From: Octopus bimaculoides
Lineage: Eukaryota
Reading direction: 5' to 3'
Length of the DNA stretch: 64,000 nt
Assembly: GCF_001194135.2 (NCBI RefSeq)
Contig: NC_068992.1
Location: 15,639,155 to 15,703,154 of the forward strand
In this document: positions 12,420 to 24,960 of the stretch, one piece after another
Numbering within the stretch: position 1 is the stretch's first letter
How the letters are laid out: each line of letters opens with the position of its first letter
The notes under the pieces: generated by a model
Databases searched by the model: none
What the model was told of the DNA's origin: nothing
The model's input: only the letters and a program-made list of their open reading frames with translations
Made by a program: the position numbers and the translations under genes

Positions 12420-12680
12420 TTAACAAAGAAGGGTTTATCATAGCAGCCCAAGATCAATGACTATCTACAAGGAACTACCAGGCCAACATGTTAATGAACG
12501 GTTGTAGCCCAACATGTCATGTATGTAAACAACAAAATGAAACCATTGATCATGTCTCCATGTGCAGTCTTGCGCCTTCCATAGTATCTCAACAGGCATG
12601 ATAGAGCAGCACAATATATTCACTGGGTAATTTGCAAAAACCTAGACCTGCCCTATGATAAAAACTGGTGGGTTTATGCT
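12420..12680 (+). mobile_element. R4/Dong non-LTR retrotransposon fragment (C-terminal zinc-knuckle region)
   Basis: Frameshifted translation AAQDQ..STRNYQANMLMNG.SPTCHVCKQQNETIDHV.SMC..LNRHDRAAQYIHWVICKNLDLPYDKNWW, typical of the R4/Dong CCHC and RHD motifs. Confidence 0.8.
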
Positions 12681-14244
12681 ACACAGGCAGTGAAGGGCTT
12701 AAATAAAGTAAGTAGGCAATGATATATCTGGTAATTAGGCATATCTCACTTTAAGAATTCTTATAAACATATAAATTTTAACAACCACCAAATTCACATT
12801 TGAAAATTTAATATCAGACAAAAATGTTTGAAAATTTATCATATCAAAGTTTTACATATTTTTCAATGTTTTATCTAAAAATATCTTTTCACCTTTTAAA
12901 AGGCAAAAATATTCTCTGCTGGAACTCAAAATTTTCAAAAATATTTTTATTTGCAAAACTGTATAACTTTGGGATAAATTATGAATTTCAGAATAGAATA
13001 ATATTCTCAACGATGGTTATTTTGAAATCTTTAAATGTAAAATAAAAATAACTTCGTCTTTGATTTGTTTATTTTCTAAAAGTAGTTTGGCCTCAGATGA
13101 TTCAAGTTATGGTAACTGTAGGTTGGTAACGTATTCAATGTCACTATGAATATCTTTAATTTTGATCTTTTACTTGTTTCAGCCACAAGACTGCAGCCAT
13201 GCTGGAGCACCACCTTCCAGTACTCATGCTTTTTTTAAATCTGGTGCTTAATCTATTTGGCCCTTTTGACAAATTATTAAGTTACAGGGACATAAACCTA
13301 CACTGATTGTTAAGTGGTGGGGGGGGACTCAAACACAAATGCAAACACACTCATATACACACACATACACATACTGACACACACATATATATATAAAAGC
13401 ATACATGTACAACAGGCTTCCAGTTAGCTTCTGTCTCTCAAATTCACTCTCAAGGCATTGGTGAGCCTGGGCCCATAGTAGACACTTGCCCAAGGTGCTG
13501 AGCAGTGAGACTGAATCCAAAACTACATGGCTGCAAAGGCAACTTCTTAACCACGCAAGTCATGCCTGCACCGAGACATTGGTTGGCACAGGATTACCCA
13601 AGGTACCACACTGTAGGACTGAACCTGAAACCACATGGTTGTGAAATGAACTTCTCAACCATTTGGCCATATTGCACCAAATACTGCATAATTATATAAT
13701 TCTTTCTCTTCTTTTCCACAAACAATTGACGCTTCTCATATTGGAACCAGGCCACAAGGAGCAGCGGGAGGGTTCAAACAATTTGAGTCCACTATATTAC
13801 TGGTACTTACTTGAATCCAGAAAAACAAAGAGCAAAGCAAAACCCAACAGAATTGAACTACCATGTCTAGTAAATCTTTCAGTGTTATTCCCTAAGTATT
13901 GAAACTCTTAATAGTAACGTTTAGATTCTTAACATAGACACAAAATTGCATATTTGGGGAATGAACACAGCCACTTACACCAACCTCAGCACTGAAGGAG
14001 AAAAGGTCAAGCTGACCTCAGTAAGATTTGAAGTATCATTTAATATTAGGAAATAGAGTGAAATAGGTAATTACGGTAATTGTGGGCGTATATTGGGCCA
14101 AATTATATCTCATTAATGTAAATAGCAAGCCAAAACAAACTGTAATATATCGACCACATTATCAGGACCCACGACTTTATACTCACATCTTTGGGTGCTG
14201 AGCAGATGGAAAATGGGCTTGAGGGTGACAATGGCAAAGATGGA

Positions 14245-14353
14245 GAAGGACCTTGGCAGGTGGGAAGGACCTTGGCAGGTGGGAAGGACCTTGGCAGGTG
14301 GGAAGGACCTTGGCAGGTGGGAAGGACCTTGGCAGGTGGGAAGGACCTTGGCA
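14245..14353. repeat. 19-bp G-rich minisatellite, ~5.7 identical copies (gaaggaccttggcaggtgg)
   Basis: Direct inspection; head-to-tail with no spacers. Confidence 0.95.
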
Positions 14354-16511
14354 CATTGTACAGTCACATCAAGAAACTGCCGTGTATGGCTGTGTATGGT
14401 GAGGAGTGGTGGTAATGGGTAGTAGTATTTGAGGTACCCAACCCACAGCCATGAAGACAGGCATATTCATTTGTTCAAAGAGTGTCATAAATTAATGTAG
14501 CTAGAATTTATTAGGGGTCATGAAGAATTAATGAGAAAAATAGAATAATGACTTCATAGATCTATTCAACCCATATTAACATGTTCCTATGACAGCTATG
14601 TTCACATGCCAATAAAGGAACACAAAAATTATACTAGTGAGGAGTATGAAGGTAAATGCAGTACCAAATATTTAAATTCAATACAAACTCAAAAAATAGT
14701 TTGATCTTATTCTAAATAAAATTGTTTTAGTTAAATATCAACAATGTCTTCCCTTTTCTCAGAGAAGGATACTTTTGTACTGATCAAATTTGTACAAAAG
14801 AAAAATAAACACACTGCTGGAAAGAAAATGCTTTTAGTCTAATTCGGAAGTTTTTAAAGACATTACAACAAATTAGTTGCTGAAAAGTTAATGAGATACA
14901 GATAATGAAATTTATTGCTCTTTTTATGTTGATTTTTGTTTTGTTTTGTTTTGCTTTGCTTTCCTTGTCTTTCATATATTTGATAAAGAACATGTTGCAA
15001 TGTGAATTTTAAAAAAGTTCTTTCTCTTCCACTATTAAACTGTCTCCCATTTGTATTGGTTTATCAGTTCTGTCTGCTATTCAATAGACCTCATATCCTG
15101 CACTCCAAAATATAAAACAGGCTTAACACATTCAACAATAATATTTTGATTAAAAATTTTTTTTTTCATTCCCTTTTTTTTTTTTGTTCTTTAGAAAATT
15201 TAAATATTTTTAAAACTTCCAAACCAATCAGAAACATTATGTGTCTTTTACAAATATTTATGAAGCATTTTACATTACAGACATTTTTTAAATAGATATT
15301 TAAGAATTAGTGAAAATTCTATTTAGTCTTTTGAATCAGATATTCTGATATAGCATTAATTTGCGTAGGAAGATGCAATTTTCATTTAAAAAGAGAGCTA
15401 TTATAAGGACCATTCATATAACATTCCAATAAAAGTATAGCATGTAAAAGCTATATAAGAACTATTACAAGTACTATTTCAGGATACTTAGAAACAATAA
15501 AAGAATATGATCACAAAATTATGATGCTTGATTGGTTATGAGGAGAAAAAAAAATCTGCTTTTATACAAATCTCTTCCTAAGACTAATCAGTGTTTTTTA
15601 TCTCATCTTTTCTAAACAGCTTCAACAATCTGATCTAAAATTTATTTTATAAAATGGTTCCAATGGAAAGCAAAACAGAACTGTATGCAAAGGGGAAAAA
15701 ATAAAATACAGGCACCATGAGAAATATAATTCATAATTCTTTTCAATGGAATAACTATAGTCTATGCATTGTAATTTTTGCTGAATTTTTAAAACCACTT
15801 TCTTTGCTAGCAGGGGTTGAATAGATTTATACATCATCCTTTCAACGGTTAGTACAAGGCTCGAAATTTTGGGAAGAGGATTAGTTGATTACATTGATAC
15901 CAGCACTTATTTCACTGAGCCCAAAAGGAAGAAAGGCAAAGTTGACATTAGCAGAATTTGAACTTAGAACATAAAGACAGAAGAAACGCAACTATGCATT
16001 TTGTCTGGCAAGCTAACGATTCTGCTGTCTCACAGCCTTAATGAATTTATACATAATATGAGCAAAATGAATGCTGCGGCAAATGTTGGAAACTTAAATA
16101 CATTTTGCAGATACCCGTAACAAAGCATGAGATATGTCTGAATAATTTTGTTCAATAAGAAAATATTTTACTTACAAGAGGACTTGAAAGCATGAGCTGT
16201 GAGCTAGTAGTTCAACTTCTTAGCTACACAGCAAAATTGGTGTTCATCTCAAATGGAGACAAACACAAATGGTTATGTCATGTGGGTAGAGCATCAGGAT
16301 TGCATGAGGGCACTAGACATGCTATAAAATATTGTCTGTATTTGTTTTCACCACATGGAACTATCAGTAGCTCATAAAAATATATACTGTCTTTATTAAA
16401 TAATATGTGTGTGTACATATGTTTATGCATGTATGTATGTCATTATTCAGTTTATTTCAAGATTTCTTGCCAATAGAGAAAGAACTGGTTTCTAACCTAG
16501 ATCTGGTTTAG

Positions 16512-16851
16512 TTTAGGTGTATCCCTCAGTGTAGATGTGTCTCCTCAAGTGATTTCAAAAAGTATCTTGTTAAAATAAACTCCGTTTCATAAGATTTCTT
16601 CCTGGCCTTTGTATATACAAATGGCAAATTAAGGTATACAGCTTCATACTTATAGAAGATCCATAACAAATATCAGATACAAAAAGAAACAAATACACAA
16701 TACAACAAAAAAAGTATGAAGTCGTATACCTTAATTTGACATTTATATATACAAAGACCAGGAAGAAATCTTGTGAAACAGAGTTTATTTTAACAAGATA
16801 CCTCTTGAAATCACCTGAGGAGACACATCTACACTGAGGGATACACCTAAA
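16512..16851. repeat. Fold-back inverted repeat, 140-bp arms (~93% identical), 60-bp loop
   Basis: 16512-16651 vs reverse complement of 16712-16851: 10 mismatches counted by eye. Confidence 0.9.
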
Positions 16852-16974
16852 GCAGATTTTAAATATCTCATCTGCAACAGATCAATGTTAGATTGGTCAC
16901 AACACTTGTAGCGATCAATAAACATTTTCATACCTTCCATCTTCCGTCTCTCTCATTAATCAAATATATACGTG

Positions 16975-17007
<33 letters not shown>

Positions 17008-17015
17008 AAACATAC

Positions 17016-17196
17016 AGTTTATATTCATTTAAAAGAAGAAAAGAAAATGAAGATTAGGAAGTTAATAATTGTTTATTATTAACAGTAAACTGGTTATCAT
17101 GGTTGTAAGTGAAGATGACCAATTTGCTGTTAATAACAAACAATTACTAACTTCCTAATCTGCATCTTCTTTCCTTCTTTAAAATGAATATAAACT
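17016..17196. repeat. Fold-back inverted repeat, ~83-bp arms (~89%), ~14-bp loop
   Basis: 17016-17098 vs reverse complement of 17113-17196: about 9 mismatches. Confidence 0.9.
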
Positions 17197-17336
17197 ATAT
17201 ATTTTTATATATATATACACCTATTATTTTAAGGAAATTCATTCCCCCAAAATACTAGGTATTGAACCAGTATTTCCTTGGATGAAACCATCCCTTCATG
17301 AGGTTTACACATCCTCTAATTTATATATCTATTCTT

Positions 17337-17734
17337 TACTCTCTTTTACTCTTTTACTTGTTTCAGTCATTTGACTGTGGCCATGCTGGAACACTGCCTT
17401 TAGTCGAGCAAATCGACCCCAGGACTTATTCTTTGTAAGCTTAGTACTTATTCTATCGGTCTCTTTTGCTGAACTGCTAAGTTACGGGGACGTAAACACA
17501 CCAGCATCGGTTGTCAAGCGATGTTGGGGGAACAAACACAGACACACACACATATAATATATATACATATATATGACGGGCTTCTTTCAGTTTCCGTCTA
17601 CCAAATCCACTCACAAGGCTTTGGTCAGCCCGAGGCTATAGAAGACACTTGCCCAAGGTGCCACGCAGTGGGACTGAACCCAGAACCATGTGCTCCGTAA
17701 GCAAGCTGCTTACCACACAGCCACTCCTACGCCT
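17337..17734 (-). mobile_element. SINE family A, full length, young
   Basis: Near-identical to 30995-31401 and 57087-57493. Confidence 0.9.
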
Positions 17735-18145
17735 ATATATATATATATATATATAGACAGAGAGAGAAAGAGAATACACAAGATGTTATCCTCAACTGAC
17801 TTAATGGAGCAGGTATGTACTAAGGTATGTGCTCAGTTTGGTTTATCACTGGAACTCCGGCTTGAACTGTAACTGAAAAATGTGCTAGAACTGCCCATCA
17901 AAGGTGGATATAGATTAAAATAGAAAATGAAAAAAGCAAAACATTTGCCATCACTCGAAAAACATTTTATATAGCGGATATAAACATTGTGCAGAGTAGT
18001 AATGATAAAAGGATAGAGACTCTTATACCAGTTTCTAGAATAGCCAAGCATGTGGATCATGATATTGAGTAAGGAATACATAAGCTAGGTTTTTCATCAA
18101 TGGAGAGAGATAGAAGTCAGAAAATATAGAAATGAAGAATATCGT

Positions 18146-18507
18146 CAATCAAGAATATTAGTACTTTCCAGTTTGCCAAGAAATGAAGGAAGTATCAGAA
18201 TTGAAAGTATACGCGTTTGGTAGTTCCATGATCAAAGAATTAATAAAGTTATAGGTAAAAGATAAAATCCATTAGCAGTTCCATAGGGGAAAATTCAATG
18301 ATAATCCAAGGCAAATGATAATGGAACTGGTAACTTCCAATATTCCTTGCCATGGATTATCATCAAGCATTCTCATCTGAAACTACTAATGGACCTTACC
18401 TGTAACATTATTATCTCTTTGATCATGGAACTACCAAACGCATATACTTTTCATTCTGATCCTTCCTTCATTTCTCGATAAACTAGAAAGTACTAATATC
18501 CTCGATT
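18146..18507. repeat. Diverged fold-back inverted repeat, ~175-bp arms, very short loop
   Basis: For example gcgtttggtagttccatgatcaaaga pairs with tctttgatcatggaactaccaaacgc; roughly 75-80% identity overall. Confidence 0.85.
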
Positions 18508-18789
18508 GGAGATCATCATCATCATGTAATGTCTGTTTTCCATGCTGGCATTCATTGGACGGTTTGACAGGAGCTGGTCAGCTAAAGAGCTGCCTGTGTT
18601 CCACGTCTATTTTGTCAAGGTTTCTATGGCTGGATGCCCTTCCTAACACCAAGGACTTAACACAGTATACTGGGTGCTTTTACACAGCACAAGTATGGGT
18701 GCTTTCTATGTGGCACAGCATCCATGAGCCTGCAAGATTAGGATCACTCAGCTGAAGAGGGGGTGCAGGGGACATGCCTATATGCAAGG

Positions 18790-19240
18790 GCAACCACGAT
18801 TTTACTTAGCTTGATATGTCTTCTCAAGCACAGCAGACCACCAGGAGTCATGGTCCCTTGTCATCCCCTCTGTAAGGCCCAACATTTAAAGATCCTCTCT
18901 CACAATTTCGTCCCATATCTTCCTTGGTCTACCACATGTTCTCTCCACAAGTGGAAATCAGCAGTTCTTGATGCATCTGTTTTCATTCATGCACATTACA
19001 TGTCCATACCAGTAAGTCATCTCTTTTGCACACTGCATCTGATGCGTCATATCACTTACACTCTCATGTCTATGCACACTGACATTACCCATGCAGCAGA
19101 GCATTCTGGCTTCATTTCTTTCAGTATGCTCTGCTGGATGGGTAATATCTTCACTTCTATATTTTATGACTACGCATGTGTTAGTAGCCTAGTTACCCTT
19201 AATGAAGAGCCCTATTTCAAAACCAGTTTGGTTCTCTGTG
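18790..19240 (-). mobile_element. RTE-clade LINE 3' end fragment
   Basis: Minus translation ..WYGHVMCMNENRCIKNC..ERTCGRPRKIWDEIVREDL..LGLTEGMTRD..W, the typical RTE C-terminus. Confidence 0.8.
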
Positions 19241-20839
19241 GACATCTAGGAATAAGCTGAAGTACAGAAATATTATTCTTCTGGGTTTATTTTACAAGAC
19301 ATTTGCTGTGAAATTGTTTGTTGTAACAAATTTTGTGGCATCTTAGTAGGGTCAATAAAAAACACACACACTGGTACTATTTCATTTTTATTTCTTATTA
19401 TTAAACTCATAAACAAATTTAATGAATAAACTAATTGATTTATTGATTAATAACTTGATCAATCAAACAGCTTGTTTGTTAGAGCCTTTCAATCACTATT
19501 TCCAACTTCATCAATGACAGTCCCTTATTGCTCCACTTCTGTTCCATTGTCATCTCCAAGAAGGACAGGTTATTCATGAGGTTAATCAATGGAAATGATA
19601 GGACACTGACAAAATAGCTGGCTGACTGAATGATTAATCAAGCAATCAATTAGTTAATTAGTTGACAAACAAAAATGATTTTAAATTTTAGCACAAGGCC
19701 ATCAACTTTAGAAGAGGAAGTAAATCAATGACATCAGCCCCAGTGCTCAACTGGTGCTTATTTTATTAACCCCAAAAGGGAGAAAGGTAAAGTTGACTTC
19801 AGGGTAATATGAACTCGAAAAAAATGCCACTAAGCATTTTTGTCTGGTTGGGTAATGATTCTGTATACTAGCTGCCTTAGTTGAGAAATAATAATAAAAA
19901 GTGAATTAGAACCAGTATAAAAATAAATATCTAAAAAAATGTTTATCTATGAAGATGAGGTAGACATCTGGATAAAATTATAATCTTTCTGCTAAAACAT
20001 TTCTGTTGTACTCTTAAGCAAACGAGTTTATTACGACACAATGCAAGGAAACTAATACAGAATTCTACTGACAATGAACCATACAGCGACACAGTGACTG
20101 ATGTTAGGAAGGATATGTAATGATAAAATATTTCTTTAGCAATTTATTCACACTTTGAATATAAATGTCAACTGTGGACAAAAGCAGAAAAAACATGAAG
20201 GAAGCAGATTCAACAGAAGAGCTGATTTGCCAAGTGATCATTCTAAACAAGTCTAAAAATAATGTATTTTCAAATAACAGAAAATAAAATGCACTAATAG
20301 TATTACATGAATAAATTCGATACATTGTCTGCATCAGAATGTTGGAGAATGTAGATCCATCAGAATATGATATATTTTCTATAATTTTCCTACAATAAAT
20401 GTATTAATAGTCTAACGCTCTGGTACAGTAAATGTTTGTAAGGTGGAGAGACCACATCATTCAAACTATTGGGAATCTATTTCTGTCCTGTTTCTTACCA
20501 AAATAAGTTTTTCCCCTTAAGGGAATTTGTTCACAGTTAGTAATTCACTCAGTTAAAGAAAAAATACCTTCAATAATAAGATATTTGCCAGAAAGAGGCT
20601 GACATCAATTTTCTTCTCGACATTAGCTAAAGTACAACATATAACCCCATGTCTAAGAAAGGATCCAAGATTATTATTATTACTATTTCTAGATTCTATT
20701 ATTTACTGAACATTTTCACTGTATAACTGAAAGTGTGTGGATGGGTGGGTATGTAAGATTTTTTTTTATCATATTGATAGATTTCTATGTATATCATCAA
20801 TACCAAAAGTTCACATCTATCATATCAATAGTGTTTCAG

Positions 20840-22050
20840 CTCTTTAAATTCTGAGTTCAAATCCAATTGAAGCCAACTCTGCCTTTCATCATAGGACTGA
20901 TAGAATAAAGTACCAGTCAAGTACTGGGGTTAAATTATTTGTCTAATTCCTCCTCCCTTCAAACCCCACTACCTAGCAAATTCTCATCCCTGACTATAAC
21001 AAAAGCTATTATTGATGGTGGATTGGTAGAACTGTTAAAGCATTGGACAAAATACTTTGTGATATTTGTTCCAAATTCTTTTGTTCGGTGTCCAAAACCT
21101 GCTGAGTTCAACTTTGCCTTTTATTCTTTCAGGCCCTATAAAACAAGAACCAGTCAAATACTGGGGTTGACATAATTGACCAAATATTTCCCACTAAAAT
21201 TCCAGGCCTTGTGCTTCAATTGGCAAGCAGGCAGAAATTCTAAGAGCGTCAGACTAAATGCCTAGCAGTATTTCTTCTGACTCGCTACATTCTAGAGCCA
21301 AATCTCACCAAGGTCTGCATTGCCTTTCATCCTTTATGGCTCCAATAAGTACCACGAGCACAGCAAAGTAAAGGAGCACCAGGGTTGATGTGATATTGAT
21401 GTAATCAGCTAAAATCCCTCCAGAATTTGAAATCATGACACTGGTAAGTGGCAGAATCATTATGGTGGCACTCCGTCGCTTACGACGTCAAGGGTTCCAG
21501 TTGATCCGATCAACGGAACAGCCTGCTCGTGAAATTAACGTGCAAGCGGCTGAGCACTCCACAGACACATGTACCCTTAACATAGTTCTCGGGGAGATTC
21601 AGCGTGACACAGTGTAACAAGGCTGACCCTTTGAAATACAGGCACAACAGAAACAGGAAGTAAGAGTGAGAGAATGTTGTGGTGAAAGAGTACAACAGGG
21701 TTCGCCACCATCCCCTGCCAGAGCCTCGTGGAGCTTTAAGTGTTTTTCGCTCAATAAACACTCACAACGCCTGGTCTGGGAATCGAAACCGCGATCCTAT
21801 GACCGCGAGTCCGCTGCCCTAACCACTGGGCCATTGCGCCTCCACGGTAGAATCATTAGCACACCCGACAAACTGCTAAGTGGCATTTTGTCTATCTTTA
21901 CGTCCTGAGTTCAAATGTTTCGGAGGTCAACTTTGCCTTTTATCCTTTCAGAGTCAATGAAACAAATACCAGTTGAGCACTGGGGTCGATGTAATCAACT
22001 GGCCCCCTCCCACAAAATTTCAGGCTTTGCACCTATTGTAGAAAGAATCG
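20840..22050 (+). mobile_element. Cluster of ~4 diverged family D SINE copies (actttgcctttcatcctt...aagtaccag...ggggtcgat), the last split by a family B SINE
   Basis: Repeated family D motifs at ~20850, 21050, 21250 and 21440/21860. Confidence 0.7.
21463..21845 (-). mobile_element. SINE family B, full length, 13-bp TSD
   Basis: TSD gg(c/t)agaatcatta at 21450-21462 and 21846-21858; tRNA-like A and B boxes. Confidence 0.9.
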
Positions 22051-22089
22051 GTGGTTTGACTCAGGTTCATTCTTATTCCTGATAGAATT

Positions 22090-22768
22090 TATGTGGGTTA
22101 GGTTTAGATCTTTTAGTCATTCAGCCTTTATATTGTGCTCTTCTCTTCCTTTACTCCAAATGTTTCTCCAAAACATTTCACACTCCTGTTCATTCAGGAC
22201 TAACACTACTCCCGCTAACCCTCCATTAATTTCCTGCCGGAGTTCCTTTTGGTCTATCTTGAAGAGATTCGTTTGCTGGAATTGTTTAATTTGCTACTCA
22301 TACCTGGATACCTTTGCTTTCTTTGCAATCCTGTTGTTCCAGTTCTTCAAATACACTCAAAAGTCGCTTCCTTGATACAAGCAAGAGTCTCTCTTCAGTC
22401 TATCATACTTCTGCTCATTCCTAAGTTTGTCTTTGATGTTTTCTGTCTAGCACTGAAATGTCTTTCACAAGTGTTTCAACAGTTTGCAGCATTCATCTTT
22501 TCCACCACAGCTCAGTGTGTTTTTTCTTTGGTATTTGTGGTCAATTTCTTTGTGGTCATGTCCACATTCTCTGCTACTAAGATACTTGCCATTCTGAGCA
22601 AATTATTGTTCTCAGTAATGTTGGTTGTATGGATGTACTTCAGGAAAACTTCATTTACTTTCAATCCTTCTTGGTTTAGGTTCCACTTATCAAACTTCCT
22701 TAGATTACAGATGCAGTCATTGGCCTCTTCTCTAAGTTTTAGTATTATCTTGTTGCACAGTGTTTCCT

Positions 22769-22831
<63 letters not shown>

Positions 22832-22960
22832 TTCGTTGGTTGATGGCCAAATGAAAAAGGGTAGTTTGCCAACAGTAGAGGGACTTTCAGAATGTCTGAA
22901 AGTGTCCCATTCATCTGAACATTGTTTTTAGCCATGTATATCTTTTCATAATGTGGTTAT
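22090..22960 (-). mobile_element. R4/Dong retrotransposon fragment (region N-terminal to RT), interrupted by (TAG)n at 22768-22826
   Basis: Degenerate ..VFEELEQQDCK.AKVSRYE.QIKQFQQ.NLFKIDQRKLRQEING.., resembling the R4/Dong A(K/R)LRRY....Q..QN.LF..N.K.FY motif. Confidence 0.65.
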
Positions 22961-24419
22961 TTGAATTATTTATTCGTCTTTCACATTGATCACCTCCCTC
23001 TGGTAGCAGAAGATGTTAACCATAATGTTAGCAACAATCTCAATATTGAATATGTCCACTTAGTTTTGGCAAATACAGACTTTACAAAATAAAACATGAC
23101 AATTGGACAGTTTTCAGACAGAACATTTAAAGTACAGGAAACAAAACAAAAAGGTAGCAAGGACATCAACTAAAATGACAATAACAAGAGCATCAACAAC
23201 AGCAGCAGCAGCAGCTCAACGTTTGCTAGTATTGGAGATCAAAAGGAATTGATGGACATGGCTGAATGTAGGAAAGATATATCAAGAAGTAAAGTGCATT
23301 ATCCAAAGAAGAGCAAGGGGAAACAAATGACATAATTTTAATTTACAAGTAAAAAAAGGAGAGGATTTCTGTATGCTTTTAAAAGAGGACCGAAATAAAT
23401 CTCTCACTAATGTGTGCTCCCTTGAGCAGAACAAGGCATATAGACATTTGTACTTGTTATTTAAAACTGAAAATGATGAGAGAAGGCAGGCAGAGGTTGT
23501 GTGATAATGGTGCCACAGTACGTAGGCAGGAGATAGACAAGGATCATAGCCAGAGATATTGGTGCAGACATGGAGCCTTGCTTTATTTTCGTGTGACAGT
23601 ATAGGCAGGTGGTGAGCATCGACAGAATAACACAAGTGTGATTTGCATCAATACTTGTATACTGATGTCTACCTTCCCTTGCAAAGACTAAAAGACTATT
23701 CTGGAGATGTACCCTATTGTGGGAGTGGAGAGATGATCAGACTAGAGGTGCACGGAAGTAGGTAAGCTCAGATACAGTAAAGACCACTTGACAAGAAAGA
23801 ATGAGAAGCAAAAAAGAGGTAACAAACAACAGGCAACAACAGATGCGCTGATGACAGATGCCTTTTAAATGCAAGGGAAAAGGAGACTATGACTGCTGCT
23901 ACTACTGCTACTACTACTACTAATACTACTATTACTTCAACAGCACTGCTAAGCATAACTCTAAGAATGGTTAGATTGGAACAGAAATGCTTCAGCCTCA
24001 TCAACATCAGAGACTAACAAAATAGAACAACAAGAAACACAACGGTCTCATCCCCTTGCAGCACAGAGCCAACCAGAGGCCCCAAACAGCTGTTCCAACA
24101 TGTCACCTTGCGGCAATGAGATAGATGCAGGAAAAACTGAGGAATCATTAAGGAGATTAAATAAAAGGAGGAATCCACCATCCACCAAAAACAGAACAAT
24201 CAATGATCAATGACAAGTAAGAAACTGAAAGTCGTTCATTAGGAGACATCTTGTCCCCTGGAGAATCTTAAATTCATGATTTTTTTTCAAAAGAATACGA
24301 GGTGTATGGAAATGCTAAAAATATACACCTTCCACTATCACATCCATACATGGCTTTCTACTATGGACTCATCCTTTCACCTGATGATACAATGCTGTAG
24401 AGACATGCAACTTCAATGG

Positions 24420-24960
24420 CCATGTTTTCAAGGGAGTGTTTCTCAAGGAGCTGCTTTTGAAGTCACATGCAGTAGCATGCCTCATGTAAGCAGACTGCAC
24501 TTTGACACTTGGTAGTCAAAAGATATTGCTGAAAGGATCAATGTTTAGACTCCGCCCCATTGCTGGCCAATACCTTGTGGGTTTTCACATCAAAGGCTCA
24601 GTTCTCGTCAAGCATCCAATCAAGTATCCCAAATATCCATCAACAATATATTCTGTGTAGTGTTCCGAGGTTCATATTCTTTAGTGACATGTTCCTTATT
24701 ACAGGTGCCATTGTAAAATATCTTTCTGTCCATCCTTAAGTATCTGTAACATACCTCATCAGATACAGAGAAAATAGTTCATTCATTGATGAAGATGCTA
24801 CTAGTCTGGTTTACAGTTTTCCCTTCTTTCACAACCATATGAGAACATTTATCTGGACCAAACTCCAGCTCTTTGAGAATGTTGTAACCAGGTCAAGGCT
24901 CTTTTTCACTTCATGCATATGAGGTGAAGCTTACAGCTTCAAGTCACCCACAAAAAGACA
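24420..24960 (-). mobile_element. R4/Dong reverse-transcriptase fragment (degenerate)
   Basis: Minus translation ..GDLKL.AS.. then ELEFGPDKCSHMVVKEGK...CYRYLRMD...KEHVTKEY, matching YMDDLKLY / MEFG.DKC / YKYLG RT motifs. Confidence 0.65.

Noticed and set aside
14245-14353. CRISPR-like array
   Set aside because: Units are head-to-tail with no spacers, and the context is eukaryotic; it is a minisatellite.
18763-19260. 165-aa plus-strand ORF
   Set aside because: Antisense to an RTE LINE 3' end.
21780-21846. tRNA genes at SINE heads (also ~2520-2577, 61550-61616) and the GGTTCGAATCC motif near 60210
   Set aside because: A and B boxes are present but no full cloverleaf; the heads continue into SINE bodies with TSDs.
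22249-22854. 201-aa hydrophobic plus-strand ORF as a membrane protein
   Set aside because: Antisense reading of an R4/Dong fragment plus (TAC)n.
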